A stretch of DNA of 64,000 nt from Gaiellales bacterium (GCA_035695105.1 DASSEV010000016.1:24345-88344), one strand, 5' to 3'; shown: positions 51,440-60,752, numbered from the stretch's first letter. The notes: a model not told the origin generated them from the letters alone. Numbers and translations: made by a program.

Positions 51440-53212
51440 CTACGCCGGATCGAGCTCGAACAGCGGCTGCCCGTACTCGACCGGCTCGGCGTTGTCCGCG
51501 AGCACCGCGCGGATCGTGCCCGCGTGCTCCGACTTGAACTCGTTGAACAGCTTCATCGCCTCGAGGATGCAGAGCACCTGCCCCACCTCCACCCGGTCGC
51601 CCTCCCGCACGAACGGCGGGTCGCTCGGGCCCGGCGAGCGGTAGAAGGTGCCGACCATCGGCGACTCGATCTTGATCGTCGTCGAGACCGACGGCGCCTG
51701 CTCGGCCGCGCCGTTTACCGCCGGGATCGCGGGAGCCTGCATGACCGGCGAGGCGGCCGGCCGATCGTCCTGGCGGCGCACCGTGATCCGCACGCCGCCG
51801 TCCTCCACCTCGAGCACGCCCACGTCGTCCGACGCCTCCATGATGTCGATCAGCTCGCGGATGCGATCCGATTGCCGGCGCTCCAGCCCGTCGCGCACGG
51901 CCTCCTCGCGGTCGCCCCGGCCGCGCAGCACCGAGAGCAGGCGGTTGGCGTCGTCGCCGAACAGCGCGACCAGCAGCAGGTCCTCCTCGCTGGCCGCGAC
52001 GCCCTCGGCGCGAAGCGCCTCCATGTCCGGGCCGGGCTCGGCCGGCGGCAGCGGCTGCGCGTGCACGGCCGCCTCGGGCGCGATCTCCTGGGGCGGGTTG
52101 CCGAATGCCCCGGAGAGGTAGTCGCGCATGTCCGACGACACCTCGGCCCAGCGGCGGGCCGAGAGCACGTGGCGCACCGCCTGGCCGGCCAGGATGCCGC
52201 CGATCGGCTGGGCCAGCGGCGGCACGCCGCAGTCGATGCGCACCGCCTTGAACTCGTCGAGCACCTCGTCCAGCCGGTCGGCCGCGCCCAGCGACCGCAG
52301 GCGCGCGTCGAGGTCGCCGACCAGGCCCACCGGCAGCTGGTTGAACGCTGTGCGCAGCGTGATCCGGGGCGGGATCGGCAGCACCGGCATCTGCGACGTG
52401 ACGTGGTCGTCGATGAAGCGCGAGGCCTCCCAGACCCGCTCGACGTCGACGCCGTGCTGCAGGCCGAGGCCGGTCAGGTCGTCGCAGAACACCTCGGCGG
52501 CCACGCGGTGCAACGTGTAGGCGACCGGAAGCACCGCGGCGGCGATCGGCTCGGCGCCGTGGCGCGCGGCCTCGATCGCCATCGCCAGCGCGTTGCCACC
52601 GGTGCCCTGGCAGTAAAGGCCGACGGGCACGCCCGCCGCCTCCTTGAACTGGTTGACCACCTCGCCGCACGTGCCCGGGTCGAGGGCGCCCGCCGGGTCG
52701 TGCAGGAGCAGGTGGTCGGTGCCGAGCTCGGCCAGGCGCCGCGCCTTCTCCACGACGCGCGGCAGGTTCGGCATGTAGCCGGAGAACGCCAGCCCGGCGT
52801 AGAGCCGGCCGCCCGCCTCCCGCACCGCGGCCGCGGCCGACTCGAGGTTGGCCACGTCGTTCAGCGGATCGTGCAGCCGGAAGATGTCGATACCCGACTC
52901 GGCCGCGCAGAGGATGAAGCGACGGACGAGGTCGTCCGACACCGGCCGCGACCCGACCAGGAACCGGCCCCGCAGCGCCATCTGCAGCGGCGTCGACGGG
53001 CAGTGCGCCTTGACGCTTCGGATCCGCTCCCATGGGCTCTCCGAGCCCTTCTGGACGGCCGCGTCGAAGCAGCCGCCGCCGCTCACCTCGAGCGAGGCGA
53101 ACCCGGCCCGGTCGAGGATGGACGCCACCTCGAGCACGCGGGCCGTCGAGATCGTGCCCACCAGCGGCTCCTGGGACAGCAGGCGGATGCTGGTGTCGAC
53201 GACGCGGGTCAC
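51440..53212 (-). CDS. Fusion protein: an oxaloacetate-decarboxylase-alpha/PycB-like carboxyltransferase TIM barrel (metal ligands degenerate), a linker, and a biotin carboxyl carrier domain
   Basis: The N-terminus aligns with the OadA/PycB CT domain (LEVSGGGCFD, SPWERIR, TPLQMALRG, GIDIFRLHDPLND). The C-terminus is a BCCP lipoyl-like domain carrying the biotinyl-Lys motif CILEAMKLFNE. It occupies the accB position, between efp and accC. Confidence 0.8.
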   Translation of the reverse strand: MTRVVDTSIRLLSQEPLVGTISTARVLEVASILDRAGFASLEVSGGGCFDAAVQKGSESPWERIRSVKAHCPSTPLQMALRGRFLVGSRPVSDDLVRRFILCAAESGIDIFRLHDPLNDVANLESAAAAVREAGGRLYAGLAFSGYMPNLPRVVEKARRLAELGTDHLLLHDPAGALDPGTCGEVVNQFKEAAGVPVGLYCQGTGGNALAMAIEAARHGAEPIAAAVLPVAYTLHRVAAEVFCDDLTGLGLQHGVDVERVWEASRFIDDHVTSQMPVLPIPPRITLRTAFNQLPVGLVGDLDARLRSLGAADRLDEVLDEFKAVRIDCGVPPLAQPIGGILAGQAVRHVLSARRWAEVSSDMRDYLSGAFGNPPQEIAPEAAVHAQPLPPAEPGPDMEALRAEGVAASEEDLLLVALFGDDANRLLSVLRGRGDREEAVRDGLERRQSDRIRELIDIMEASDDVGVLEVEDGGVRITVRRQDDRPAASPVMQAPAIPAVNGAAEQAPSVSTTIKIESPMVGTFYRSPGPSDPPFVREGDRVEVGQVLCILEAMKLFNEFKSEHAGTIRAVLADNAEPVEYGQPLFELDPA

Positions 53213-53775
53213 GCCCGGGAGATGTAGCGCGCCTCGCGGGTGTCGACGCGAATCAGGTCGCCGACGTTGACGAACAGCGGCACCTGCACGACGGCGCCCG
53301 TCTCGAGCGTCGCCGGCTTCGTCACATTGGAGACGGTGTCCCCCTTCACCCCGGGCTCGGTATCGGTCACCTGCAGCTCGACGGACGCCGGCAGCTGCAG
53401 CGAGGAGGGCTTGCCGTCCACCGTCAGCAGCTGCACCGTGTCGTTCTCGCGCATGTACTGCAGCTCGTCGGCCAGCGAGTCGGACGGCAGCGCGATCTGG
53501 TCGAACGTCTCGGCGTTCATCAGGTGCACGTCGGAGCCGTCGTTGTAGAGGTAGTTGACGTTGACCACCTCGGTGCGGATGCGCGGCATCTTCTCGCCGG
53601 CGCGGAACGTCTTGTCGACGACGGATCCCGACTCGAGCGCCTTCAGCTTGGTGCGGACGAACGCGCCGCCCTTGCCCGGCTTCACGTGCTGGAACTCGAC
53701 GATGCGGTAGATCGTGCCGTCCACCTCGACGTGCATGCCGTTCTTGAACTGGTTGGTGGAGACTGTCTCAGCCAT
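53209..53775 (-). CDS. efp: Elongation factor P
   Basis: 188 aa: TNQFKNGMHVEVDGTIYRIVEFQHVKPGKGGAFVRTKLK... Confidence 0.96.
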   Translation of the reverse strand: MAETVSTNQFKNGMHVEVDGTIYRIVEFQHVKPGKGGAFVRTKLKALESGSVVDKTFRAGEKMPRIRTEVVNVNYLYNDGSDVHLMNAETFDQIALPSDSLADELQYMRENDTVQLLTVDGKPSSLQLPASVELQVTDTEPGVKGDTVSNVTKPATLETGAVVQVPLFVNVGDLIRVDTREARYISRA

Positions 53776-53787
53776 GGTTTCGCCCGG

Positions 53788-54870
53788 TCACCCGGTCGTG
53801 ATCAGCTCCTTAGGGTAGCCGGTCAACCGCTCGCAGCCGTCCGCGGTCACGACCACCAGATCCTCGATCCGAACGCCGCCTCTGCCGGGCAGGTACACCC
53901 CCGGCTCCACTGTGACGATCATGCCCTGCTCGAGGGTTGCGGTGGACGTCGGCGACAGGCGCGGGTCCTCGTGGATCTGCAGCCCGACCCCGTGTCCGGT
54001 GCCGTGCTGGAAGTGGTCGGCGTGGCCCGCCTCGGCGATCACGGTGCGCGCCGCCGCATCCGCGTCGACGCCGGTCACGCCCGGCCGCACGGCGTCGAGC
54101 GCCGCCAGCTGCGCGCGCAGCACCAGGTCGTACGCCTCGGCCAGGTCGTCCGGCACCGGGCCGGTGGCGAATGTGCGGGTGCAGTCCGAGCAGTAGCCGT
54201 CGAGCACGCCGCCGATGTCGACCGTGACGAGGTCGCCCGCCGCGATCGCACGCTCTCGGGGCTCCGCGTGCGGCAGCGCGCCCGCGTCACCGGAGGCGAC
54301 GATCGGGTCGAACGAGACGCCCGTCGCGCCCAGCTCGTGGAGCAGCTCCTGCACTCGCCAGGCGACGTCGACCTCGCGGCGGCCGGCGAGCCCCTCGCCG
54401 GCGATCCGCTCGTAGATGGTCTCGAGCAGCGCGGCGGAACGGCGGATCGCGGCCACCTCCTCGTCGTCCTTCACCAGCCGCAGGCGCTCGACGACCCCTG
54501 TCACGGGCACGAGCTCCACGGTCCCGGCCGCCTCCGTCAGGTTCCCGAGCGCCGCCACCGAGAGGTGTGCAGCCTCGAAGCCGACGCGGGACGCGCCCGG
54601 GGCGAGCTCGCCCCAGCGGGCCCCGACGTGGCGGATCAGGTCCTGGGTGGCCTGCCGCACCTCGATGTAGTCGCGCAGCGGCGCCACCCGCTCCAGGTAG
54701 CGGAAGTCGGTCAGGAACACCGCGCCATCGGGCCGCGCGACGACGGTGCCGTTCGAGCCGGTGTAGCCGGTCAGGTAGCGGACGTTGACGAGGTCGGTGA
54801 CGAGCAGGGCGTCGATCTCGTGGGAGGCGAGCGACTGGCCCAGGCGTGCGAGCCTCCCGGCGTGGTTCAC
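53788..54870 (-). CDS. pepQ: M24B Xaa-Pro aminopeptidase/dipeptidase
   Basis: 360 aa: VTVDIGGVLDGYCSDCTRTF, HGTGHGVGLQIHE, VTVEPGVY, GGVRIEDLV. The GTG at 54870 overlaps the aroQ TGA. Confidence 0.88.
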   Translation of the reverse strand: MNHAGRLARLGQSLASHEIDALLVTDLVNVRYLTGYTGSNGTVVARPDGAVFLTDFRYLERVAPLRDYIEVRQATQDLIRHVGARWGELAPGASRVGFEAAHLSVAALGNLTEAAGTVELVPVTGVVERLRLVKDDEEVAAIRRSAALLETIYERIAGEGLAGRREVDVAWRVQELLHELGATGVSFDPIVASGDAGALPHAEPRERAIAAGDLVTVDIGGVLDGYCSDCTRTFATGPVPDDLAEAYDLVLRAQLAALDAVRPGVTGVDADAAARTVIAEAGHADHFQHGTGHGVGLQIHEDPRLSPTSTATLEQGMIVTVEPGVYLPGRGGVRIEDLVVVTADGCERLTGYPKELITTG

Positions 54871-55298
54871 GACCGCCCCTCCACCAGCAGCGCGAACGCG
54901 TCGCGGTACCCCTCGGCGCCTCGGCCGGAGATGCGGTGCGACACCACGTCCTCGATCACCGAGTGCCGGCGCCACTCCTCGCGCTTCGCGACGTCGGAGA
55001 GGTGCACCTCGACGATCGGGCCGGTGAAGATCTCGAGCGCGTCGCGGATCGCGTAGCTGTAGTGCGTCCAGGCGCCGGGGTTGACGACCAGCGCGTCGGC
55101 GCCACCGCATGCCTCGTGGATCATGTTCACGTAGTCGCCCTCGCTGTTGGTCTGCCAGCAGCGAGCGGTCAGGTTCTGCTCCTGCGCCCACTCGTAGATC
55201 TGCGTCTCGAGCTGGGACAGGGTCATGGTGCCGTACTGCTCGGGATCACGGCTCCCGAGCATGTTGAGGTTGACCCCATTCAGCACGACCACCTGCAT
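54867..55298 (-). CDS. aroQ: Type II 3-dehydroquinate dehydratase
   Basis: 143 aa: MQVVVLNGVNLNMLGSRDPEQYG...VNPGAWTHYSYAIRDAL...VEVHLSDVAKREEWR. Confidence 0.92.
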   Translation of the reverse strand: MQVVVLNGVNLNMLGSRDPEQYGTMTLSQLETQIYEWAQEQNLTARCWQTNSEGDYVNMIHEACGGADALVVNPGAWTHYSYAIRDALEIFTGPIVEVHLSDVAKREEWRRHSVIEDVVSHRISGRGAEGYRDAFALLVEGRS

Positions 55299-55336
55299 GA
55301 CGGGCAAGGGTAGTCGAGGGGCGCTCCCGGCGGCGC

Positions 55337-55369
55337 GTGAACGAGAAGTGCCTGGCACTTCTTGTTCAC
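55337..55369. repeat. 33-nt palindromic element, copy 2: GTGAAC-GAGA-AGTGCCTGGCACT-TCTT-GTTCAC
   Basis: A near-perfect palindrome: 16 pairing positions if one G-U pair is allowed. The TGA stop of the GFA gene (55366..55368) lies in the right arm. The aroQ ATG lies 38 nt further along the minus strand. Confidence 0.7.
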
Positions 55370-55767
55370 CAGGGGTAGGTCTCGTGCTGCGGGAGGTCGT
55401 CGAGGATCTCGTACCACGACGCCTTGGAACCGACGAACATGTGCGCCGTCGGCTTGAGCGCGGGCTCATCGACCAGTGTGCCGTACGGAATCCGGACGTA
55501 GGCCGCCTCGGGCGCCGTCCTCGTCCAGTAGACGCGCGACCAGCAGGCGGAACAGCGCATCTCGTGGTCGGCGCCCTCCCCTCCGAGCCGCGCCAGCAGG
55601 TCGGCCCCCCTCGTCACCCGCAGCTTCTCCGCCTCGATCTCGCCCCACGGCAGGAACGCGGAGCCTGTCGCGGCGCGACAGTTCGAGCAGTGGCAGTTGT
55701 AGGCCACGCGGAACTCGTCCGGTATCTCGAACCCGACGGCGCGGCAGTCGCAGCGGCCTCTCAGCAT
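55366..55767 (-). CDS. GFA-family (glutathione-dependent formaldehyde-activating / Mss4-like) zinc protein
   Basis: 133 aa with the Cys pattern CDCRAV...CHCSNCR...CSAC and a conserved YGTL...P...H tail. Confidence 0.75.
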   Translation of the reverse strand: MLRGRCDCRAVGFEIPDEFRVAYNCHCSNCRAATGSAFLPWGEIEAEKLRVTRGADLLARLGGEGADHEMRCSACWSRVYWTRTAPEAAYVRIPYGTLVDEPALKPTAHMFVGSKASWYEILDDLPQHETYPW

Positions 55768-55776
55768 GGTTGACGG

Positions 55777-57279
55777 CTAGGCGCCGTCGCCGATCGCTCG
55801 CTCGATGGCCTGGTCGATCAGGTCGTCCTCGACGTCGACGCCCCACACCGGCTTGCCGATCGCCTCGAGCAGGACGAACCGGACGCGCCCGCCGCGCGCC
55901 TTCTTGTCCCGCCGCAGCGCGTCCCGCACCGCCGCCGGGTCGACGCCGCCATATGTGACCGGCAGCTCGTGGGCGACCAGCAGACCACGCACCCGGCGCT
56001 CGATCTCCGGGTCGAGCCCGGCCACCCGGCTCGAGAGCCAGAGCGCGGGCAGCAGCCCCACCGCGACCGCCTCGCCGTGCGCGAGCCCCCGGTATCCCGC
56101 CGCCGCCTCCATGGCGTGGCCGATCGAGTGGCCGAGGTTCAGCACCGCGCGCATTCCCTGCTCCTGCGGGTCGACAGCGACGACGTGCGCCTTGTACGCC
56201 GCGCACCGACGGATCAGCTCGAGCCGCTGCTCGCTCGTTCCCCGGCCCGGCTCCCAGGCGGTCACCATGTCCCACAGCCGGCCGCCGGCGAGCAGTCCGG
56301 TCTTGATCACCTCGGCGAACCCGCATGCCCACTCACGCACGGGTAGCGTCTCCAGCAGCCCCGGATCGGCCACCACCCACTCCGCCGGGTGGAAGGCGCC
56401 GACGTAGTTCTTGGCCGCCGGAAGGTCGATGCCTGTCTTCCCGCCGATCGCCGCGTCGACCATCCCCACCAGCGATGTGGGCACGGCGATCCAGGGGACG
56501 CCGCGCTGGTAGGTGGCGGCGACGAACCCGGCGACGTCGGTCGCCGCCCCGCCGCCGAGCCCCACCACCACGTCTCCGCGCTCCATGCCGAGGTCGGCCA
56601 GGCGCGTCCAGGCCTGCCGCGCCACCGCGACCGTCTTCGCCGCCTCGCCCGGCGGCAGCCGCACGGTGACGAACGGCTCGACCGGACGGCCGGCCAGCCG
56701 CAGCACGTCGCGGTCCGCGACCAGAGCCGCCCGGCGCGCGCCGACCAGCCGCGGAAGCTCGGCGACCGCCGCGGGCCGGCTGAGCGGCACGAGCAGCGGC
56801 TCGGCGCCCTCCAGGCGGTCGGCGTCCACGAGCGCATCGGCGGTCGCGTGGTAGAGCGGGCGCCGCTGCTCGTAGAGATCCGCGAAGCCGCGCGCCTCCA
56901 TGGCGAGCGGACGGTCGCCCGCCCCCGCCTCGATGCGGCGCCACGCCGTCTGCGCGCTGACGTCCAGCAGCACCGTGAAGCTGCCGTCGCGGAGGTGCTC
57001 GCGCGTCACCGGCGAGCCGACGGCCCCGCCACCGAGGGCGACCACCGTGTCCACCTGCTCCAGCAGGCGTCCGGCCACGCGCTCCTCCAGCTCCCGGAAG
57101 GACGGCTCGCCGTCCTCGGCGAAGATCCTCGCCACGGGCTTGCCCGCCTCGCGCTCGATCTCCGCGTCGGTGTCGGCGGCCTGCCAGCCGAGCCGCTCGG
57201 CCAGGCGGCCGGCCAGCGTCGACTTCCCGGCGCCCATGAAGCCGATCAGGGCGATGTTCCGGTAGGGGCCGGGGATCAT
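55777..57279 (-). CDS. aroKB: Bifunctional shikimate kinase / 3-dehydroquinate synthase fusion
   Basis: The N-terminal ~165 aa are AroK (NIALIGFMGAGKSTLAGRLA). The rest is AroB (GGGAATDVAGFVAATYQRGVPWIAVPTSL, GKN, LNLGHSIGHAME). Confidence 0.88.
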   Translation of the reverse strand: MIPGPYRNIALIGFMGAGKSTLAGRLAERLGWQAADTDAEIEREAGKPVARIFAEDGEPSFRELEERVAGRLLEQVDTVVALGGGAVGSPVTREHLRDGSFTVLLDVSAQTAWRRIEAGAGDRPLAMEARGFADLYEQRRPLYHATADALVDADRLEGAEPLLVPLSRPAAVAELPRLVGARRAALVADRDVLRLAGRPVEPFVTVRLPPGEAAKTVAVARQAWTRLADLGMERGDVVVGLGGGAATDVAGFVAATYQRGVPWIAVPTSLVGMVDAAIGGKTGIDLPAAKNYVGAFHPAEWVVADPGLLETLPVREWACGFAEVIKTGLLAGGRLWDMVTAWEPGRGTSEQRLELIRRCAAYKAHVVAVDPQEQGMRAVLNLGHSIGHAMEAAAGYRGLAHGEAVAVGLLPALWLSSRVAGLDPEIERRVRGLLVAHELPVTYGGVDPAAVRDALRRDKKARGGRVRFVLLEAIGKPVWGVDVEDDLIDQAIERAIGDGA

Positions 57280-58460
57280 GCGCCGGCGACGCGGGCCATG
57301 TACGCGCGGTGCGCCTCGACGAGGTCGCCGATCGCGTCTCCGCCGAACTTCTCGAGTGCCGCACGGGCCAGCTCGAACGCCACCCCGGCCTCGGCCACGA
57401 CGGCCGCCGCCGGCAGCACCGTGACGTCGCTGCGCTCGACGTGCGCCGCCTGCGGCTCGTGCGTCCCGAGCTCCACGCTCTGAAGCGGCCGCATCAGCGT
57501 TGGCAACGGCTTCCAGATCACCCGCACGATCAGGTCGGAGCCGTTGGTCATGCCGCCCTCGAGGCCGCCGGCGCGGTCGGTCTCGCGATAGAAGCCGCGG
57601 CCGTCCGCGTGGTGGATCTCGTCGTGCACGCTCGACCCGCGGCGGCCGGCCGATGCGATCGCATCGCCGATCTCGACGCCCTTCGCCGACTGGATCGACA
57701 GCATCGCCGCCGCCAGCCGGCCGTCCAGCCGCCCGGCGGCGGAGACGTGCGACCCGAGCCCGGGCGGGACGCCGAACGCCCGCACCTCGGTCACCCCGCC
57801 CAGCGTGTCCCTGTCCGACTTGGCCGCCTCGATCTCGTCGATCATCGCCCGCTCGGCTCCCGGGTCGAGGCAGCGCACCTCGCTCGCCTCTGCGCGGTCG
57901 AAGTCGGCGATCGTCAGCCAGGCCGGCGGGGTCGCACGCACCGACCCGATCTGCAGCACGTGCGAGCGCACCTCGATGCCGATGGCACGGCAGATGGCCT
58001 TGGCAACTGCCCCCGCAGCGACGCGTGCGGCGGTCTCCCGGGCGCTCGCGCGCTCCAGCACGTTGCGGACGTCGTCGTGGGCGTACTTCAGCGTCCCGGC
58101 GAGGTCGGCATGCCCGGGCCTGGGCAGGCGGATCGGCTTCCCGCGCCAGCCGAACTCCTCCAGCGCGCCCTCGTCCACCGGCCAGGGGCTCATCGGCGCC
58201 GTCCAGTTCCTGTGGTCACGGTTCTCGATGAAGAACGCGATCGGACTGCCGAGCGCCCGGCCGTGCCTGAGCCCGCCGGTCGCGACCACGTCGTCGGTCT
58301 CGAGCTTCTGCCGCGGGCTGCGGCCGTACCCGGCCTGACGGCGAGCGAGGTCGCGGCGGATCAGCTCATGGTCGAGCTCCAGGCCGGCCGGGACGCCGCT
58401 GATGACGACGGTCAGGCCGGGGCCGTGCGACTCACCCGCGGTGACGTAGGAGAGCTCCAT
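57276..58460 (-). CDS. aroC: Chorismate synthase
   Basis: 394 aa: TAGESHGPGLTVVISGVP, GYGRSPRQK, RPGHADL, ERASARETAARVAAG. Confidence 0.93.
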   Translation of the reverse strand: MELSYVTAGESHGPGLTVVISGVPAGLELDHELIRRDLARRQAGYGRSPRQKLETDDVVATGGLRHGRALGSPIAFFIENRDHRNWTAPMSPWPVDEGALEEFGWRGKPIRLPRPGHADLAGTLKYAHDDVRNVLERASARETAARVAAGAVAKAICRAIGIEVRSHVLQIGSVRATPPAWLTIADFDRAEASEVRCLDPGAERAMIDEIEAAKSDRDTLGGVTEVRAFGVPPGLGSHVSAAGRLDGRLAAAMLSIQSAKGVEIGDAIASAGRRGSSVHDEIHHADGRGFYRETDRAGGLEGGMTNGSDLIVRVIWKPLPTLMRPLQSVELGTHEPQAAHVERSDVTVLPAAAVVAEAGVAFELARAALEKFGGDAIGDLVEAHRAYMARVAGA

Positions 58461-58471
58461 GGGTGGAGAGC

Positions 58472-58927
58472 CTATCCGGGCGGGGCGATCCGCTTGCGGA
58501 AGAACACGCGGTCGAACCCGTCCTCGGTGCGCCTCCCCGTCTCGACGTAGCCCAGGTGCGGGTAGAGCTCCAGGTTCGCGGTCATCGCCGCGTTCGTGTA
58601 CAGCTCGACGGCATCGAGGCCGAGGTCGGCCGCCTGCGCCTCGGCGCGGGCGATCAGTGCGCCCCCGATGCCGCGCCCCTGGAATGCGGGATCGACCGCG
58701 ACGCTCTCGAGCAGCAGCGACCGGCTCTGCGGCCGCGTCACCAGCACACCCGCAACCCGCTCGTCGACGACGGCCACCTGCACCTCGCCGGCATCCACGA
58801 GCGCGGCATGGTCGGCCGCGACCGGCGCCGGCGCCCGCCCGATCACGGGCACGTAGACGCCGTACGCGTCGCGCGTCAGCCGCTCGATCGCGGGCACGTC
58901 GGCGGCCGCCGCAGCGCGGATCTCCAC
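58472..58927 (-). CDS. GNAT-family N-acetyltransferase
   Basis: 151 aa from the GTG at 58927: VEIRAAAAADVPAIERL...VAVDPAFQGRGIGGALIARAE...ELYPHLGY. Confidence 0.72.
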   Translation of the reverse strand: MEIRAAAAADVPAIERLTRDAYGVYVPVIGRAPAPVAADHAALVDAGEVQVAVVDERVAGVLVTRPQSRSLLLESVAVDPAFQGRGIGGALIARAEAQAADLGLDAVELYTNAAMTANLELYPHLGYVETGRRTEDGFDRVFFRKRIAPPG

Positions 58928-58928
58928 G

Positions 58929-60071
58929 TCAGCCGCGGCCGGGGTGGAACGGCGAGGGGTCGGTGTGGGCGTCGGCGCCGAGCACGATCTCCGCCGCGAG
59001 CCGGGCCGATCCGGCACCCGCCAGGATGCCCTCGCTGCCGTGTCCCGCGCAGATGACGAGACCGTCGCCGAGCCGCCCGATGAACGGGAGCCCGTCCGGC
59101 GTGAACGGCCGCAGGCCCGTCCACGTGGTCGCCACCTCGAGCGTCGCCAGCGACGGCACGAGCATGCAGGCGCGGGCGGCGTTCTCGCGCAGCGCCTGTG
59201 CGCTCTCGTCGCCCTCGCGGAGGGCGGGAGAGCGCGATGCGCCGATCATCAGGGTGCCGTCGGCGTTCTGGTGGATCGCGACGGCGGTGGCCGAGCGAGC
59301 GCCGGCGACGGCGAGGTCACCGGCCGCGAGATCGGCCATGCTGACGGGCTCGCCCGGCTGCGGTCCCGACGGCGGCGTGTAGCCGGCCTCGTAGAGCACG
59401 TGCCGGACGAGCGGCTCGGCCGGCGCCGTGACGGCGAGCCACCCGCGCACCGGGCGGATGGGCACCTCGAAGCCGGCGGTGCGTGCGAGCGCCCGCGTCC
59501 AGGCCCCTGCGGCCAGCACCACCGTGGCGGCGCGCTCGACGCCGGCGTCCGTGAGCACCGAGCCGGCGGCGACCCGCTTGACGTCGACCCCCGTGCGCAC
59601 GGCCGCACCGGCCCGGCGGGCCAGCTCTGCGGCGGCGGCGGTCAGCGCGGACGGGTCGCTGCGGCGGCCGCCGGCGAGGCGAAGGCCTCCGCTCACCGTC
59701 GGCGCCAGCGCGGGTTCGGCGTCGAGCACGCCGGCGCGGTCGAGCAGCTCGCCCGTGCCAAAGGCGCCGGACGCGAGCTGCTCCAGCTGGGTGTCGTCCG
59801 TGGCGACGTAGAGGGTGCCGACCGGCTGGCGGTCCAGCGACACGTCGATGCCGCTGCGGTGGGCGAGCTCGTCGTACAGGCGGTTCGACTCCTCGAACAG
59901 GGGCTGCATGACGGGATGGTCGGGGTCGAGCAGGAGTCCCTGGCTGCGGCACGTGGCACCGCCCGCCAACCGCCCGCGCTCGAGCAGGAGCACGTCGGCA
60001 CCGCGCTCCGCCAGCTGCCAGGCGGTGCAGGCGCCGACGATGCCTCCGCCGACGACGACCACGTCCGTCAT
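58929..60071 (-). CDS. FAD-dependent oxidoreductase (DAO family; glycine/D-amino-acid oxidase-like)
   Basis: 380 aa: DVVVVGGGIVGACTAWQLAERGADVLLLE, and the C-terminal GLRPFTPDGLPFIG...AGHGSEGI. Confidence 0.8.
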   Translation of the reverse strand: MTDVVVVGGGIVGACTAWQLAERGADVLLLERGRLAGGATCRSQGLLLDPDHPVMQPLFEESNRLYDELAHRSGIDVSLDRQPVGTLYVATDDTQLEQLASGAFGTGELLDRAGVLDAEPALAPTVSGGLRLAGGRRSDPSALTAAAAELARRAGAAVRTGVDVKRVAAGSVLTDAGVERAATVVLAAGAWTRALARTAGFEVPIRPVRGWLAVTAPAEPLVRHVLYEAGYTPPSGPQPGEPVSMADLAAGDLAVAGARSATAVAIHQNADGTLMIGASRSPALREGDESAQALRENAARACMLVPSLATLEVATTWTGLRPFTPDGLPFIGRLGDGLVICAGHGSEGILAGAGSARLAAEIVLGADAHTDPSPFHPGRG

Positions 60072-60116
60072 GGCGCCAGCCTACAGATCGACGCGCGGGC
60101 GGCCGATAGGAGCGGC

Positions 60117-60752
60117 ATGGAGTTCGCGCTTCCCGTAGCCGGCATGGGCTTCGCGCTCAGCTGGCCGATGGAATGGACGATCCAGCGGTTTCCGCTGGGG
60201 AAGGGCACGCGCCCATCGGTACGCCGGCGGTGGGTGATCGCCGCTGTCATGGCCGCGTTGTTCGCGGCGCTGACGTTCTCGATCGGCCTGCACGCACGGC
60301 TGATCCCCGCCCTGATCCTGACCGCGCTGGTGGTCGTCGCCGCCGTGATCGACCTCAACCACCGGATCATCCCCAACCGGATCAACTATCCCGGCGCGCT
60401 GCTGGTGTTCACCACCGCCAGCTTCGCCGAGCCCCACAGGCTCGCCGAGTTCGCCGTCGGCGGGATCCTGTGCTTCCTCTTCCTGGGTGTGGCCTGGGCG
60501 ATCTCGCCGGCCGGCATGGGACTCGGCGACGTCAAGATGGCGCTCATGATCGGCCTGGGCACGGGGCGCTATGCGTTCGTGGCCCTGTTCGCCGGCTTCT
60601 GCGCCTCCACCGCGCTGTCCGCGTTCCTGATCGCGCGCGGCGGACGGAAGGCGCTCAAGAGCTCGTTCCCGTTCGGCCCCTTCCTCGCGGTCGGCACCGT
60701 AGTGGCCCTGATGTGGGGGCCAGAGGTGATGTCGGCGCTGTTTGGCGGCTAG
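60117..60752 (+). CDS. A24-family prepilin (type IV leader) peptidase, peptidase domain only
   Basis: 211 aa, polytopic. The two catalytic Asp contexts are AAVIDLNHRIIPN and GMGLGDVKMAL. AGGAG lies 6 nt upstream of the ATG. This is the tail of a 602-aa track ORF. Confidence 0.8.
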   Translation: MEFALPVAGMGFALSWPMEWTIQRFPLGKGTRPSVRRRWVIAAVMAALFAALTFSIGLHARLIPALILTALVVVAAVIDLNHRIIPNRINYPGALLVFTTASFAEPHRLAEFAVGGILCFLFLGVAWAISPAGMGLGDVKMALMIGLGTGRYAFVALFAGFCASTALSAFLIARGGRKALKSSFPFGPFLAVGTVVALMWGPEVMSALFGG

